Assembly: GCA_038496445.1 (NCBI GenBank)
Contig: JALMLS010000256.1
Location: forward strand, 62,001 to 126,000
Source: Trichosphaerium sp. ATCC 40318
Lineage: Eukaryota > Protista > Tubulinea
Reading direction: 5' to 3'
DNA length: 64,000 nucleotides
This document shows, piece by piece, positions 36,556 to 47,882 of this stretch; the stretch's first letter is position 1, and each line of letters opens with the position of its first letter. The notes beneath the pieces were generated by a model. That model worked only from the letters and a program-made list of their open reading frames with translations. It was not told the DNA's origin and searched no databases. The position numbers were made by a program, and so were the translations under genes.

Positions 36556-39472
36556 ATGACGTGTTTTAAAAAAAAAGAGACGTTGTGTTACGGTTGTTGT
36601 TTTGGCAGTGCATTTCGTTCCGAGTACAAGAAACTTCAAATAACTTTTTTTTTTAATATCTTTTCAAAGAATTTTAGCTATCGGTTCTGTTCACGTGCTC
36701 TGATCAGTTTATTTTATTGGCTCCAAATTACCGTATTTTCTTAGTATGTTAATCTTATTTATTCATTGTAGGTATTGGTAAATCATCGATTGCAAAAAAA
36801 TTCGGACATGAGTTTAGAAACAATCATAAAACTGCATTTGTTTATCACTTGAACTGGGTTAATATACACAAATCCAAGAGATTTCAAAAGCTATTAAGAA
36901 TGAATGTATCAAATATCAGTAGGATTGAGGATTACGTAAGTGCTATGAAAGGTCTACAACAGCCTTGGTTACTTATCGTATCAAACATGACTGATGGACC
37001 TGAATTATCAAGTTCTTTTTGGAAAGATTTCGTTGATATTAAAAACCCTCATCCAGGTACGAATAGAAAAAATATTGATTACTATCACAAGCATTTATAT
37101 ATATACAGGAATGGTTGTTGTCACATGCCAAGCTTTGACAAAAAGACCAAATAAAATTACAAAGGAAGCAAGGTACGAACCAATTAATTTATTTTTCACG
37201 TGATTTTTTTTTTCTCCATAACAAGAACGAGACTAATAACAACAATAAGAAAGAGTAAGAGCATGAAAGACCACCTACAAATACCTGCTAACATAAAGAA
37301 ATCAATGAAATCGCAGTATTGTTCTTTCATTGATGGCTTTACTGCTGGCGATGTGAAGAATTTCTTGAAAGCTCAAGGTTCGCCTAAAGAAATAACAGAA
37401 TGCTAACTTAACTGTCTTCAGGTGTTAAGTGTATGCTTAAATCAGAAATTGTACAATTAATCAACTCAACACAAGGACATCCACAACTTTTATCTCATCT
37501 CGCAACAATACTTAAGCCATATAAACTTGATGATGTTCAAAGTAGTGCGGCAATTGATAAGATATATACCGAGTTTGGTATGCAATGTCTTGTACTTTTC
37601 ACGTTAAACTAATGCCTTACCTACAGCCACATACGCTCGGGAAAACTCTAATACAATAGAACCTCAAATAACTCTGCTTAGTGAGGCTATAGGTGTACTT
37701 CCAAAAACAGAACAAAGTAAGAGAGTAAACCTTTCCTTAGTTATTTTTGGAATAACTTTTATTTATAGATGCACATCTAGCTGCTCAGTTTTCTGTGGAG
37801 CTTGTAAATACCATTTTTCCTCCTAATGAAGCAATTGGTATACTGAGTACTCTATTACAAGGAATGGAGAAAGACGGCGAGAGATTAATGGGTCATATGA
37901 TTTTACATGAATTTTCAAAAGCTGCATTGAACTCGGGAGACCCTAAAAGATTACACGAAGCGTATAAGCTCAGTTTTCAAGCTTCTCAAAGTCTTGCGAA
38001 ACATAAAGCTAATCTTACTTGGGAATTATTTTCATACGGGACGCTTACAGGATACATTTTGTTTCAAATGAATGAAATTGTTCAAGGAAGAAAAGGTCTT
38101 GATAGATCGTATAGAGAAGGCGCTCTTAGAATGCTTCAACATCCTACAAGAAGGGAAATATTTGAGTATATAAGATGGCATTCTCTATCTGCTGGTTGTG
38201 AACTTAAGTTAATTTATAATGGAGAGCTGTATGAAGAGGGAATGGCAACAAGTACGAAGCAGGTTTTTTCCAATTTTCTTCTTGTTTTTTTCTGTTTCCA
38301 TTTGGTGTTGTTCTTACACTATGTAGAAATACTTGAGATGCTTGATAAAGGATTAAATATGTCATATGATTTCTTTAAGACGAAACATACTACGTTATTC
38401 TGTATTACTAGTATCATGAGTGCATTAGCAGTTAAAAAGTTTCTTAATAATGACGCTATGGCAATACAAGCACTGAAGGAGGTGGTACCAATTTTAGACT
38501 CTCTGGAAGAAAAAAAATTGGTGTCTACTGCGCTTTTGAATCTGTCTTTGATTTACTGGGATAGTGGACAGTACAAAAAGTGTGAAAATACTTTAGTTAT
38601 GGTACGGTAAAGGTTGCTTATTTTTTTCAAGAAAAAAATCTAAAACGTATTCTCATTTTATTCTAACTCTTAGTTATAGTTATCAGAAAGAATTGAGGGA
38701 GGAGAAAAAGATTTATTACAACCAGATATTGAGGCATCAGCGATATGGCTAGCAGCTGTTACATACTTTGTGTACGACGGTCTCTTTTTTTTTTCTTTTT
38801 TTTTGATGGCGGATCTGACCTTTCTTTCTTCTCAGCCACTCACTTGAAAGCGGTGAAGTTTTAAAAATAAACAAGCTCAAAGCTGTAAAAGGAGCACACG
38901 TGGCTGCGAGACAATTGTTTGATTCACGAAGGTTATCAAGTGGTCATCCGCCATCACATGTTAAGTCAGTTATTAACATGGCTCAACTTATCCTACTTGA
39001 ATACATTGACACTAACGATAAAAAAATAATCGGGGAATTACTTGATCATTTTGATAAGTATGTAAAGCGTACAAAGTATTCTATTAGAGACTCTGGTGAA
39101 GATACCAGTGCGAACTATGCGGCTCAAATTGGAGATGCAACTGATATTCATGAAGATGAAGATTTGGCAGACCCTACTCGTACTTCTGATATTGTATCAT
39201 ATGTTAAGAACCTTAGTATAGATTTAAGGACCGCATTAAACAGTCCTAAAGGTGTACGTAACCTCATATAATCCTGCTTGAATCGAAAGCAACATTTTCT
39301 TATTTTTCCTTTTTCTGCTTTTTTTCTTATTTATCAAGAAACAACATTGGTGGGCACTTACTTATTTTCTTCTTTGTAGGTATTTAAAGTAAGAGAATTA
39401 AGCTTAGAATTATCTACAAAGACACGAAAAATGTTTGACTACATAGTCCCTGTTAACGATATAGAAATGTGA
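36556..39472 (+). CDS. STAND-type P-loop NTPase plus TPR-like helical repeats (NLR-like)
   Basis: IGKSSIAKKFGHEF (Walker A), PWLLIVSN (Walker B position), TQGHPQLLSHLA (GxP motif), TPR-like TALLNLSLIYWDSGQYKKC; start uncertain. Confidence 0.6.
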
Positions 39473-39831
39473 TATTTTTTTCGAAAAAAGAATATTAACT
39501 AAACAATCCAATGACTACATCAATACTTATACGGTCCTAAATCCAACACATGTATTTATAAACCCATTTTTCTTCCTACAAGCAGAATATATTATTTATT
39601 TTTTTGAGTCAACACTAACGCTAGGTGGACGAGGCAAACATGTACTTACACTTCAGTATAGTTCTCAAGAAAAAAAGTTTGCTCTTCAATGCATTGCAAC
39701 TCGCTTTTCGCGAAGTTGAGGTTAAATAATAAGCTTTGTACTAGCTTGTAACATCATGATATGTTCCAAATCTACAATTCTCATTTCAGTGAAAAGAAGT
39801 CACTTTGTGTATTTTATTTACAACAGAACAA

Positions 39832-41102
39832 ATGCAACAACTGTTCAACCGCATCCTAAACGCGTTTTCTACTACCCAATCCCAAGATAACGCTGTTGCA
39901 ACATCACAGCAGAGTAATAAGAAGGCTATAAGATACCCTAAGCTAATTATATTCAATTTATACCAAACCCTCATAAAGATACAAAACGACTTTCTAGATG
40001 AGAAATCAGTGCGTTCCTTTGCTTGCGTATGCAAAAAAGCATACAACGAGTATTTCAAGACAAGACTGTTCAGAGTACGCTGAAAAGGATCACTACAATA
40101 TAAATAGCGTTGTTTTTGACCGTTTGGTGGTAGGAGGTTATAAGTCGCGATCCTGCGATACAGAATATACCAACACACGACGGAATAAAGGGATTACGCA
40201 CTTTTACAGCGTCCAAGAAGGGTATTCTATACTGCCAAGGACCTAATAGCTCAATTGTTTCAATTGACTTGAATGACCTCACAAAAGCACCAGTGATCGT
40301 TTGTTTATTGGATTTACAGAAATGGGAATCTATCATACAAATTTATTTAACATGTGATCAGAAAAGCATCGTTGTTATGGCAAGCGTTATAAATATCGTC
40401 AACCTCGAGTCCGGAGATATCGAAACTCTGGTGCCTGTGATGGATGGAATCTCGTTAATACCTTCTGATCTTGAGCTAAGGATGCTACCGCATCCGAAGA
40501 AGAGCGAAGTACTTCTGTTGTTACGTCGAGATGGTATATTTGAGTTCAATATGGAGTCGAAGATTGTAAAGAAAATAATTCCTCTAGACTTGGATGTATC
40601 TGACTATGTTGACTTTGTCCTTCCTCTCAGTGATTCGAACAAAGCTGATTTTGCGTTTACAGTGATAGTAGGTGGAGGTGGATGCTATTTAGCAGAGTTA
40701 TACACGGTTAAACTTGAAGAAAATGAATGTAAACTTATTCCTAGTATTTTCTCAAATTATGAACACGAGTCCCTATGTAGGGTTTGTAATAGTACGAACA
40801 GTCATGGAGAAGAAACTATTATATTCAAACATGCATTGTATGTATATTTTTTAGTTGTTTAAACAATGAAGTTCCATTTTAAGTTAATCTTGTTGTTTAG
40901 ATATTGGACAGAATATAATGTTGATACTGGTAAATTCCGGCCTTTCAATTTGAAAGATAGCAGGTTCTCTGAAGAGCCCAGATTGGTAGAATGGAATGGT
41001 CGTGTATACGGGTTTACTTATTGTGGTTCTGTAGCATTAATGCCTAATATTGATCCTTATGTAACAGATAAACCAGAGACCTACCCGCCTTACATGCGGT
41101 AA
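39832..41102 (+). CDS. F-box-like protein with beta-strand-rich (propeller-like) C-terminus
   Basis: IQNDFLDEKSVRSFACVCKKAY; LVVGGY, VIVGGGG, RLVEWNGRVYGF segments. Confidence 0.5.
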
Positions 41103-41329
41103 ATAAACACTATAATTATGTACCTAGAACATGTTGCTTATTCAAACTCTGCTTGTCTTTTTTCCAGTAGGGTATTTTGTATTAGGTTGCTGAGCGTCAG
41201 TAAGGAACTAGGCCACTCACTGTGTTGTGCCTTTCTACTACAAGAAAAAAGGAAGAAATGTTGTATGTGTACACAGTGGATTTATATGTTTTTTTCTCTT
41301 TATTTTTGGAACATATGTGAATGTAACAG

Positions 41330-44300
41330 AAGCTTCACCTTTCCAGAACAGCAAATAGTCAAGAATTACAGAATCAGGTGCAATCGAATACTGTTTGCTT
41401 TCTAATAGTCTACTTTTCTGTTCTGTTTTAAAGTGAAGCAATTGTTTTTTTTGAAATTGGAACCATCATAATGCAACGATTTGAAACAGAGCTATCTTTT
41501 CTGATAACCTGAAAACCGAATAAAGTAGATGTCTCTTTAATAACTCCTTCAATCTCAAACATCTCAATACGCACTGTATCGCCTATTGAAGAAAAGTTAC
41601 AAAAAAAAGATGAGAGAAAACTTACTGAGTTTAGTTTCGCCAACATAGTCAATAATAAATTCTGAAACATCATGTAAAGATACATGTCTTAGACTCTTAT
41701 AATTGAAGCCTCTGTTTCCACTTGCCATTGACTTTAAGTCTTCATACCATACCATGTATTGAGCGTGGTTGACATGGCCAAAAACATCAAGGTCCCATGT
41801 GTTAACTTTGTAGTCCTTAAAAACAACATCTATTTCAGGTTAGGTTATTTCACTTATTCTGTGGTGTCTAATATAGGGTTTTTAACAAATACATTGCCTT
41901 TGATTGAATAGGTTTGTGGAATTTCTATCACTTAAAACAAGAAGAAAACAAGAAATTCTTTCAAGTGTTTTACCTTTTGCTTTTTTTCTGAAGTTAGGAA
42001 TCAATTTCATTATATCTGGCGTTAGCATAAATTCATGAGAAGGCAGAGGATTATTCTTTCTTATCATTTCATAGTGACTTCGTGTTGCCTTGTCCAAAGG
42101 TATAGCATGTAATTTTGGATGCCTTGAAAATTTTTTGAGAAACTAAAACTAACAACTATCTTCAAGATGCTCCTCATAGAACAATCTGTAATACCTTGAA
42201 ACCATAACAAGGGTTGATCTACATTCAGCTATTATATCTTTTTCTGATGGCATCACTCCTTGTAATGCTATAGCAAGTGTACTTTAGAACAATATTAATC
42301 CAACTTTTGCTACAAGTTACCTTGTTTGTATTCGTTTGTGATTAAGCTTACTGTCACGTAAGAAGAATTCCCTACATATTGTATACTACTTAAAACATGC
42401 TTTAAATCGTGAATATCCTTTGGGTAATTCAATATCTAACAACAATCAGAAATCACCTTAACAAATCGAAAAAATATTATAATACAAATGTCACGTGAAG
42501 ATTGAAGTTACCCTGTGGACGTACTCTCTCCAACGAATTATTGTACTAAAAAAGCCAAATTTTCTGTCGATTACGACTTACGAACAAGTGTTGTCAAAAA
42601 GCAGCAAAATGTTGTTTATGAATGAAGATGTGGAACATTTCAAGCGTTTGGTTGGACTGAACAAGACTGTGAATATCGAAGGACACAATAGGCAACAACA
42701 ACAACAATGGCGAGTAGCAATCAAAACATTGGTGATACTGGTAAGTATTTAGGCGTAAGCCCATACTGGTATAAAATTGTTGTGGATGCAGCTCCACAAT
42801 TCCGTGAGTTTTCAAAAACAAAAGAGAAGGCAACCAAGCGGGATTTTGTTAATTTCCTGGCGGTTAACCTTGATCCCGACAAGAAAATTAAAGGGACACA
42901 GTTGTGGGATAAGATTATGGCGCAATCCAGAGATACTATACTGGAGATTTACGAACAGGTCGCTACAGATGTAGAGTTGAAAAAGTATCTGGACTGGATT
43001 AAAATAGGTACTACCTTTTTAAATATGTCCGGAAGGCATATGGAAAACCTCCAAAACATTTTTAAGCCTCAAACACCGAAAAAGAACTTTGTTTCAAAAA
43101 TAGTTTCATTGGTATCTCCGTCACGTGATAAAAATTTTCAAAATAATCAGGATGTACCTTCTTTTGATGACTCTGAAGTTGACGCTGCTTTAGCCGGAGT
43201 TTCCTCCGAAGACCTTACAATTCGCGAGGATCTGGATCTTTCTAGTCCAGAGCAGCTCCAACTGGTACAGAACCTAATTCAAGCGACAGAGGACTACCAG
43301 CGACAAACAGAAGTACTCAAACGGCAACTGGACGTGGTTCAGAAAGAAAATCAAGCTCTGAATGACGAGCTTAAACAACAACAAGCCTCAAAGGAACCGG
43401 AAGGCACGTGGACAAAAACCAAAAAAGATTTACAAATTTTGGAAAAAGCAAGAGAAATTTGTCTTTCTTATGCCTCTCGTGTAGGCTTGCAGAACTCTGC
43501 GACCACGGAGGTTACGGCTACACCGCCACGCCCTACACAAGGCATTCAGTCGGTACCAGACCAGGGTACAGCGACAGGAACAGGGCTACCTAACCCTTAT
43601 CAGTACCAAAACCAACAAGGTACTCCAAAAACAGATACTTTTTCTTTTGACAATGTTACAGCGCCGTACAATGGACTGATGGCAAAAACAACGCCTACAC
43701 CATTGGTTCAGGGTATTATGCCCTCAGATTTCACTGTGGTAAGTGCCGAAGAGGCAGCAGCACTTCGAAAAACTTTCACCAACTCTCCTTTGATTTGTGG
43801 AATTACGCGTTTTGGTATAAAAAACCCAGTTTATTTTCCAGAGTTTGTACAGTCTTTTAATGTCTTTGATAGCTCACCAGTGCTTTCACACAGGCCCTCC
43901 AAAGCCATTCCGATAACCAGCGACGCAGATCTGATTATGCGTCTTCGTTTGATCCTCCGCCAAGCAAACGTAGATATGACCAACAGTCTTATTTCGAAGA
44001 CTATGTTAGAGCACTATCAAAGATACCACAACCAAGTGCTAGCCCTATTGTCAATGTATACGCAGCAGCAGGTACTCATTTTTGATCGTGCAGTAAGAAA
44101 ATTCTGGGAACGATCTGATTCTCCATACTTGGTTCCTCAGTTGTACTTTAACATGTACCTAGGGCCGGTTCAACAACCCAACAATCAACCTAGAGGTCCA
44201 CCAAGGCCAAGACGGCAACAGCAACCTAGACGCCCTCCACTCACCAAGCAAGAAGTGATCGATGCTCAAGTTGGTAGCAGAAACAACCCTTGGAACATCA

Positions 44301-47300
44301 CCAATGATCACCTGGCCTGTATTCAAGCGAATTCATTGAGTAGTGATAACTGTCGCTTCTCCAGACGCCCAAATGGATGTTACCTAAAGCATGTGTGCTT
44401 CAGTTGTGGTATAAAAGAACATTGGCATAATACCTGTCCTAATCAAAGAAGGTGACAATCAAAATTAACGTTGCCTGTACTCAATAAACTTTCGTTCTCT
44501 TTCTCAGCAGCGTTAATGTCTAAAAAAGTTAAATTATGGTCCTCATTAATGAGTAAAGATAAGGATTGGGTGTGGTTGTCGGGGTGGATTACAATAGGTA
44601 TCTCTTTAGTTCCAGTAGGTACAGTGATTAAAGAAACAAGAGTAGAAAATTCTAAAACTTGCAATCAATGGAGCACTCTAGTAAGCAAAGATATAAACTT
44701 AGAGTTGTCTAGAGGCTGGATTTACAAGGCTAACAAGGTACGAAAATGTAACAAAATAGCAGCAATCCCAAAATATGATGACAAAGGACAATTCCGAAAT
44801 AAGATACGTAAAGTGGTTTGTTTAAATCTTCCTATTGGGACTTCAGTTAATGATCTATCTGAAACACCACAAAGTTTTACATTAACAGCTCTAAAAGAAG
44901 CTTTAACCTTTATTAGAAACAACAGTAATAGTGTCTTATGGTTAGGTAAAGAGGATATGTTTTCAGCATATCGAATGGTACCAGTAAACCCTAAACATCA
45001 TGATTTGATAGCGTTTGAATGGAAAGGAATATTATATAATATTATATAAGGATGGTAGGCTTCCCTTTGAATGGAATAGAGCACCAGAAGTATTTATTAG
45101 GTTGATGGCCATGATCTCTAGGTACTTGCGGTCAATAGGCTTTAGCTTTCATGTTGTTTACTTCGACGATTGGTTGATTATTGGAAGATCTAAAGAAGAA
45201 GTTAAAGTTGCAATGAAAATGCTAATGAAAATACTAGAAAATTTAGGTTTTGAAATGTCTAAAGATAAGTGTCAAGGTCCAACACAGTGCCTCACCTTTC
45301 TGGGCTATGAGATCAACACAGCCAAGCGTACGATTACTTTAACAGAGCGTAAAAGGACAAAAATTAAAAAATTGGTGGTTTGGTTTCTTCAGCAGAAGTC
45401 AGCGAAGTTAAGGAAGTGGCAACAACTTACTGGTACATTAAACTTTGCGGCTCAGGTTGTATATGGGGGACATACATACCTAAGAAGGATATATGACGGC
45501 TTAAGACACTATAGCAATAATGAACAGTGGGTACACAAGACAACAGCAATGCAAAAAGACTTAAAGTGGTGGCATGATATGATGGACCTATGGAATGGTA
45601 AGGCAATTTTACTATGTCCGTTACCATTATCAAAAGGTTTGTTTCAAACAGACGCTTCAAACATAGCAGCAGGCGCGTTTTTAAATGGTTCATGGCTTAT
45701 CCATGTCTTTACAAAAGAAGAAAAAAAATGGCATATCAATGTTAAGGAGATGTATGCGGTGTGGATGGCAATAAAAGAATGGAAACACTTATTTGCCAAT
45801 AAACTTATCAACAATTTATTAGTGGATAATACAGGAGTAGTTGCATCAGTCAACAGACTGGTAATGCGCAATTCCAGAGCTATGAAGATGATATACGATC
45901 TGCATAAATGGTCGGCAGCATTCGGATTCCGGCTTACTGCAACTTGGATTCCCTCAGAAGAAAATACCCTTGCTGACGCTTTAAGTAGACTGCAAACACA
46001 ACAATTTTATACCAAAGCAAATCAATTAGGCTTTTTTAATGTAACAGGACGTTTTATTAAATAAATTTATTTAGAATTCTTAACAGAAGTACAAAACAAA
46101 CGTATTAGAATCCTGCGAGAGGCCTATCCCAGAAGTACAAGCAATAATAGAATGTCAGCTATAAAAGCAGTAGTTATTGCACTGCTCAAGCTCAATATTC
46201 CACAAAGTCAATGGATGCCTTTGAGCTCTCAACACATGCAACTGGTAGTAGCATTGTGGGCAAAAGAATCAGCAGAGGAAGAGGGGTTAAAGCCTGACAC
46301 TATCCGCGTATACTTCTCACATTGGGCATGGCTTTCGAAAAGATTAGGTTATGCTGACCCAAGAGAAAATTGTGTATTATATCATGATATGTTAAGAGGC
46401 CTTAGAAGGAAGGTAGGAGATAGAGTAGACAGAAAACGACCTATGACAGCAGTGATGTTATTGAACATAAGAAAAAAAGTGGATTTGCGACAAAACAAGG
46501 ATCTGGTTTATTGGACAGCAGCATTAATGGCATTTTGGGGAATGCTAAGGATAGGTAACTTGGTTCCTCGTAAAGTAGCAGAATTTAGTGTCGATAGACA
46601 CGTATCAAGGTCCAACATAGAGTTTGACGGTGATACTTGGTGGTTTACACTTAGACAAACAAAAACAATTCGATTCCGTGAGAGAAAACACGTAATACCG
46701 TTTCTGGATATGGAAGGTCACCCTTTATGCCCTACAACAGCGATAAACAGACTAATTAAACAGGTCAAACCCATACAAGGAAAATCCCTGTTTAGACACA
46801 AGAACAACGGAAGATGGTCACAAATAACATACTCTAAATTTGTAAAATGGACCAAACTAATGGTTTCAAAGATGGTAAATAATACTAAAAAATATGCTGG
46901 ACACTCATACAGGCGTGGCGGAGCAACACATGCAGCTGCAGCAGGAGTTCCTAATGAATGGATAAAATATATTGGCGATTGGAGCTCAGATGCATATCAA
47001 ATATACATTGTAAAAAACAAAGAAGACAGATTAATAGCACCAAAATTAATGTTTCAATGGCTTAAACATGGCCTTGATCATACAGATCGCGCTGGGGAGG
47101 ATGGTCAACCTCAACCATGGCTAGAGGATTGACGTGGGTAGAATAAATCCGCTCGTGTGGCTACGCTAGAGCCACCAAAGACTGAGCGTCTTTCCTCCCA
47201 AGCGCGTCTCCCTTATATTGACAACGTTGTCCAATCTAATGAATGAAGATGTGGAACATTTCAAGCGTTTGGTTGGACTGAACAAGACTGTCAATATCGA

Positions 47301-47882
47301 AGGACACAATAGGCAACAACAACAACAATGGCGAGTAGCAATCAAAACATCCCCTCACCCTCCCTAAAATCCTTTTCTTTTTCTTGTAAAAATTTTTTCT
47401 TTATTTTTCCTTCAAACACATTTGCAATTCACACGAGTGTTCTTAAATGTAGAATAAATCCGCTCGTGTGGCTACGCTAGAGCCACCAAAGACTGAGCGT
47501 CTTTCCTCCCAAGCGCGTCTCCCTTATATTGACAACGTTGTCCAATCTAAAACGATCAAAATCAAGAAAAAAAAAGGAAAAAAAAAAAAGGTTTGTAGTT
47601 GTTAAACTGTACCTTGATGTGATGAAACTTGGTAAAAGTTAAAATACCATCATCTTTTTCACCTATATAACGTATAAGCCGTTCTCCTGAGTCGTGAGTA
47701 TTATCTCGGCCTCTCTAGTGTTAATAAGCTTAAAAAGTATATGGTTAACTGTTTTGACATACGTCTTCGATTGTAAGCAACGCTGAAAGGCGATACTTTT
47801 GTTTTTTGGTTGTAACACTATGTGTGGCATCTATAAAGTTTGGATATATGCCTATGATGCCGTATCCCTCTTTAAAGCTCAT
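41330..47882 (-). CDS. Double hot-dog acyl-CoA/ACP thioesterase-like gene; one intron (~42436-47612) hosts the retroelement
   Basis: Exons on both sides of the element: MSFKEGYG..RLSALLTIED|RGRDN..HHIK || ILNYPKDIHDL..IIAECRSTLVMVSR|HPKLHAIPLD..DRNSTNLFNQ..KETSTLFGFQVIRKD; 3' end approximate. Confidence 0.55.
42618..42729 (+). repeat. Split direct repeat A1 (112 bp), contains the gag ATG
   Basis: Matches 47239-47350 except one G/C difference. Confidence 0.95.
42707..44455 (+). CDS. gag: Gag-like protein of YR retrotransposon
   Basis: 582-aa intronless ORF with coiled coil and C-terminal CCCH+CCHC zinc fingers (CIQANS..CRF..CYLKHVCFSCGIKEHWHNTCP). Confidence 0.85.
   Translation: MASSNQNIGDTGKYLGVSPYWYKIVVDAAPQFREFSKTKEKATKRDFVNFLAVNLDPDKKIKGTQLWDKIMAQSRDTILEIYEQVATDVELKKYLDWIKIGTTFLNMSGRHMENLQNIFKPQTPKKNFVSKIVSLVSPSRDKNFQNNQDVPSFDDSEVDAALAGVSSEDLTIREDLDLSSPEQLQLVQNLIQATEDYQRQTEVLKRQLDVVQKENQALNDELKQQQASKEPEGTWTKTKKDLQILEKAREICLSYASRVGLQNSATTEVTATPPRPTQGIQSVPDQGTATGTGLPNPYQYQNQQGTPKTDTFSFDNVTAPYNGLMAKTTPTPLVQGIMPSDFTVVSAEEAAALRKTFTNSPLICGITRFGIKNPVYFPEFVQSFNVFDSSPVLSHRPSKAIPITSDADLIMRLRLILRQANVDMTNSLISKTMLEHYQRYHNQVLALLSMYTQQQVLIFDRAVRKFWERSDSPYLVPQLYFNMYLGPVQQPNNQPRGPPRPRRQQQPRRPPLTKQEVIDAQVGSRNNPWNITNDHLACIQANSLSSDNCRFSRRPNGCYLKHVCFSCGIKEHWHNTCPNQRR
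44456..46064 (+). pseudogene. pol: Reverse transcriptase-RNase H (pol), frameshifted by a 10-bp duplication at 45028-45047
   Basis: KEDMFSAYRMVPV, LPF(E)W, YFDDWL, LTFLGYEIN, TDAS, HINVKE, VDN, NTLADALSR; AATATTATAT duplicated at the frame break. Confidence 0.9.
46065..47132 (+). CDS. Tyrosine recombinase of YR retrotransposon (first ATG 46152; coding probably begins upstream)
   Basis: AFWGMLRIGNL (catalytic R), KT, HPLCPT, GHSYRRGGAT (HxxR), GDWSSDAYQIYI (W, Y). Confidence 0.92.
   Translation: MYLEFLTEVQNKRIRILREAYPRSTSNNRMSAIKAVVIALLKLNIPQSQWMPLSSQHMQLVVALWAKESAEEEGLKPDTIRVYFSHWAWLSKRLGYADPRENCVLYHDMLRGLRRKVGDRVDRKRPMTAVMLLNIRKKVDLRQNKDLVYWTAALMAFWGMLRIGNLVPRKVAEFSVDRHVSRSNIEFDGDTWWFTLRQTKTIRFRERKHVIPFLDMEGHPLCPTTAINRLIKQVKPIQGKSLFRHKNNGRWSQITYSKFVKWTKLMVSKMVNNTKKYAGHSYRRGGATHAAAAGVPNEWIKYIGDWSSDAYQIYIVKNKEDRLIAPKLMFQWLKHGLDHTDRAGEDGQPQPWLED
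47138..47239 (+). repeat. Split direct repeat B1 (102 bp)
   Basis: Identical to 47449-47550. Confidence 0.95.
47239..47350 (+). repeat. Split direct repeat A2
   Basis: Copy of 42618-42729, directly abutting B1. Confidence 0.95.
47449..47550 (+). repeat. Split direct repeat B2 (3' terminus of the element)
   Basis: Identical to B1. Confidence 0.95.

Larger units (their letters stand above)
42618..47550 (+). mobile_element. Ngaro-type tyrosine-recombinase (DIRS order) retrotransposon with split direct repeats
   Basis: A1 42618-42729, gag, RT-RNaseH, YR, B1 47138-47239, A2 47239-47350, B2 47449-47550; no TSD; no methyltransferase region. Confidence 0.93.

Noticed and set aside
45900-46150. Possible DIRS-type methyltransferase domain after RNase H
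   Set aside because: No room and no DPPW/NPPF-type motif; pol ends shortly after ADALSR
46152-47132. Prophage/bacterial integrase or contamination
   Set aside because: The YR is embedded in a gag-RT-RNaseH element inside an intron of a spliced host gene
47138-47550. Repeat-spacer-repeat pattern resembling a CRISPR array or LTRs
   Set aside because: Explained by the B1-A2-B2 split direct repeats of a YR retrotransposon; eukaryotic context, no cas genes, no TG..CA ends or TSD
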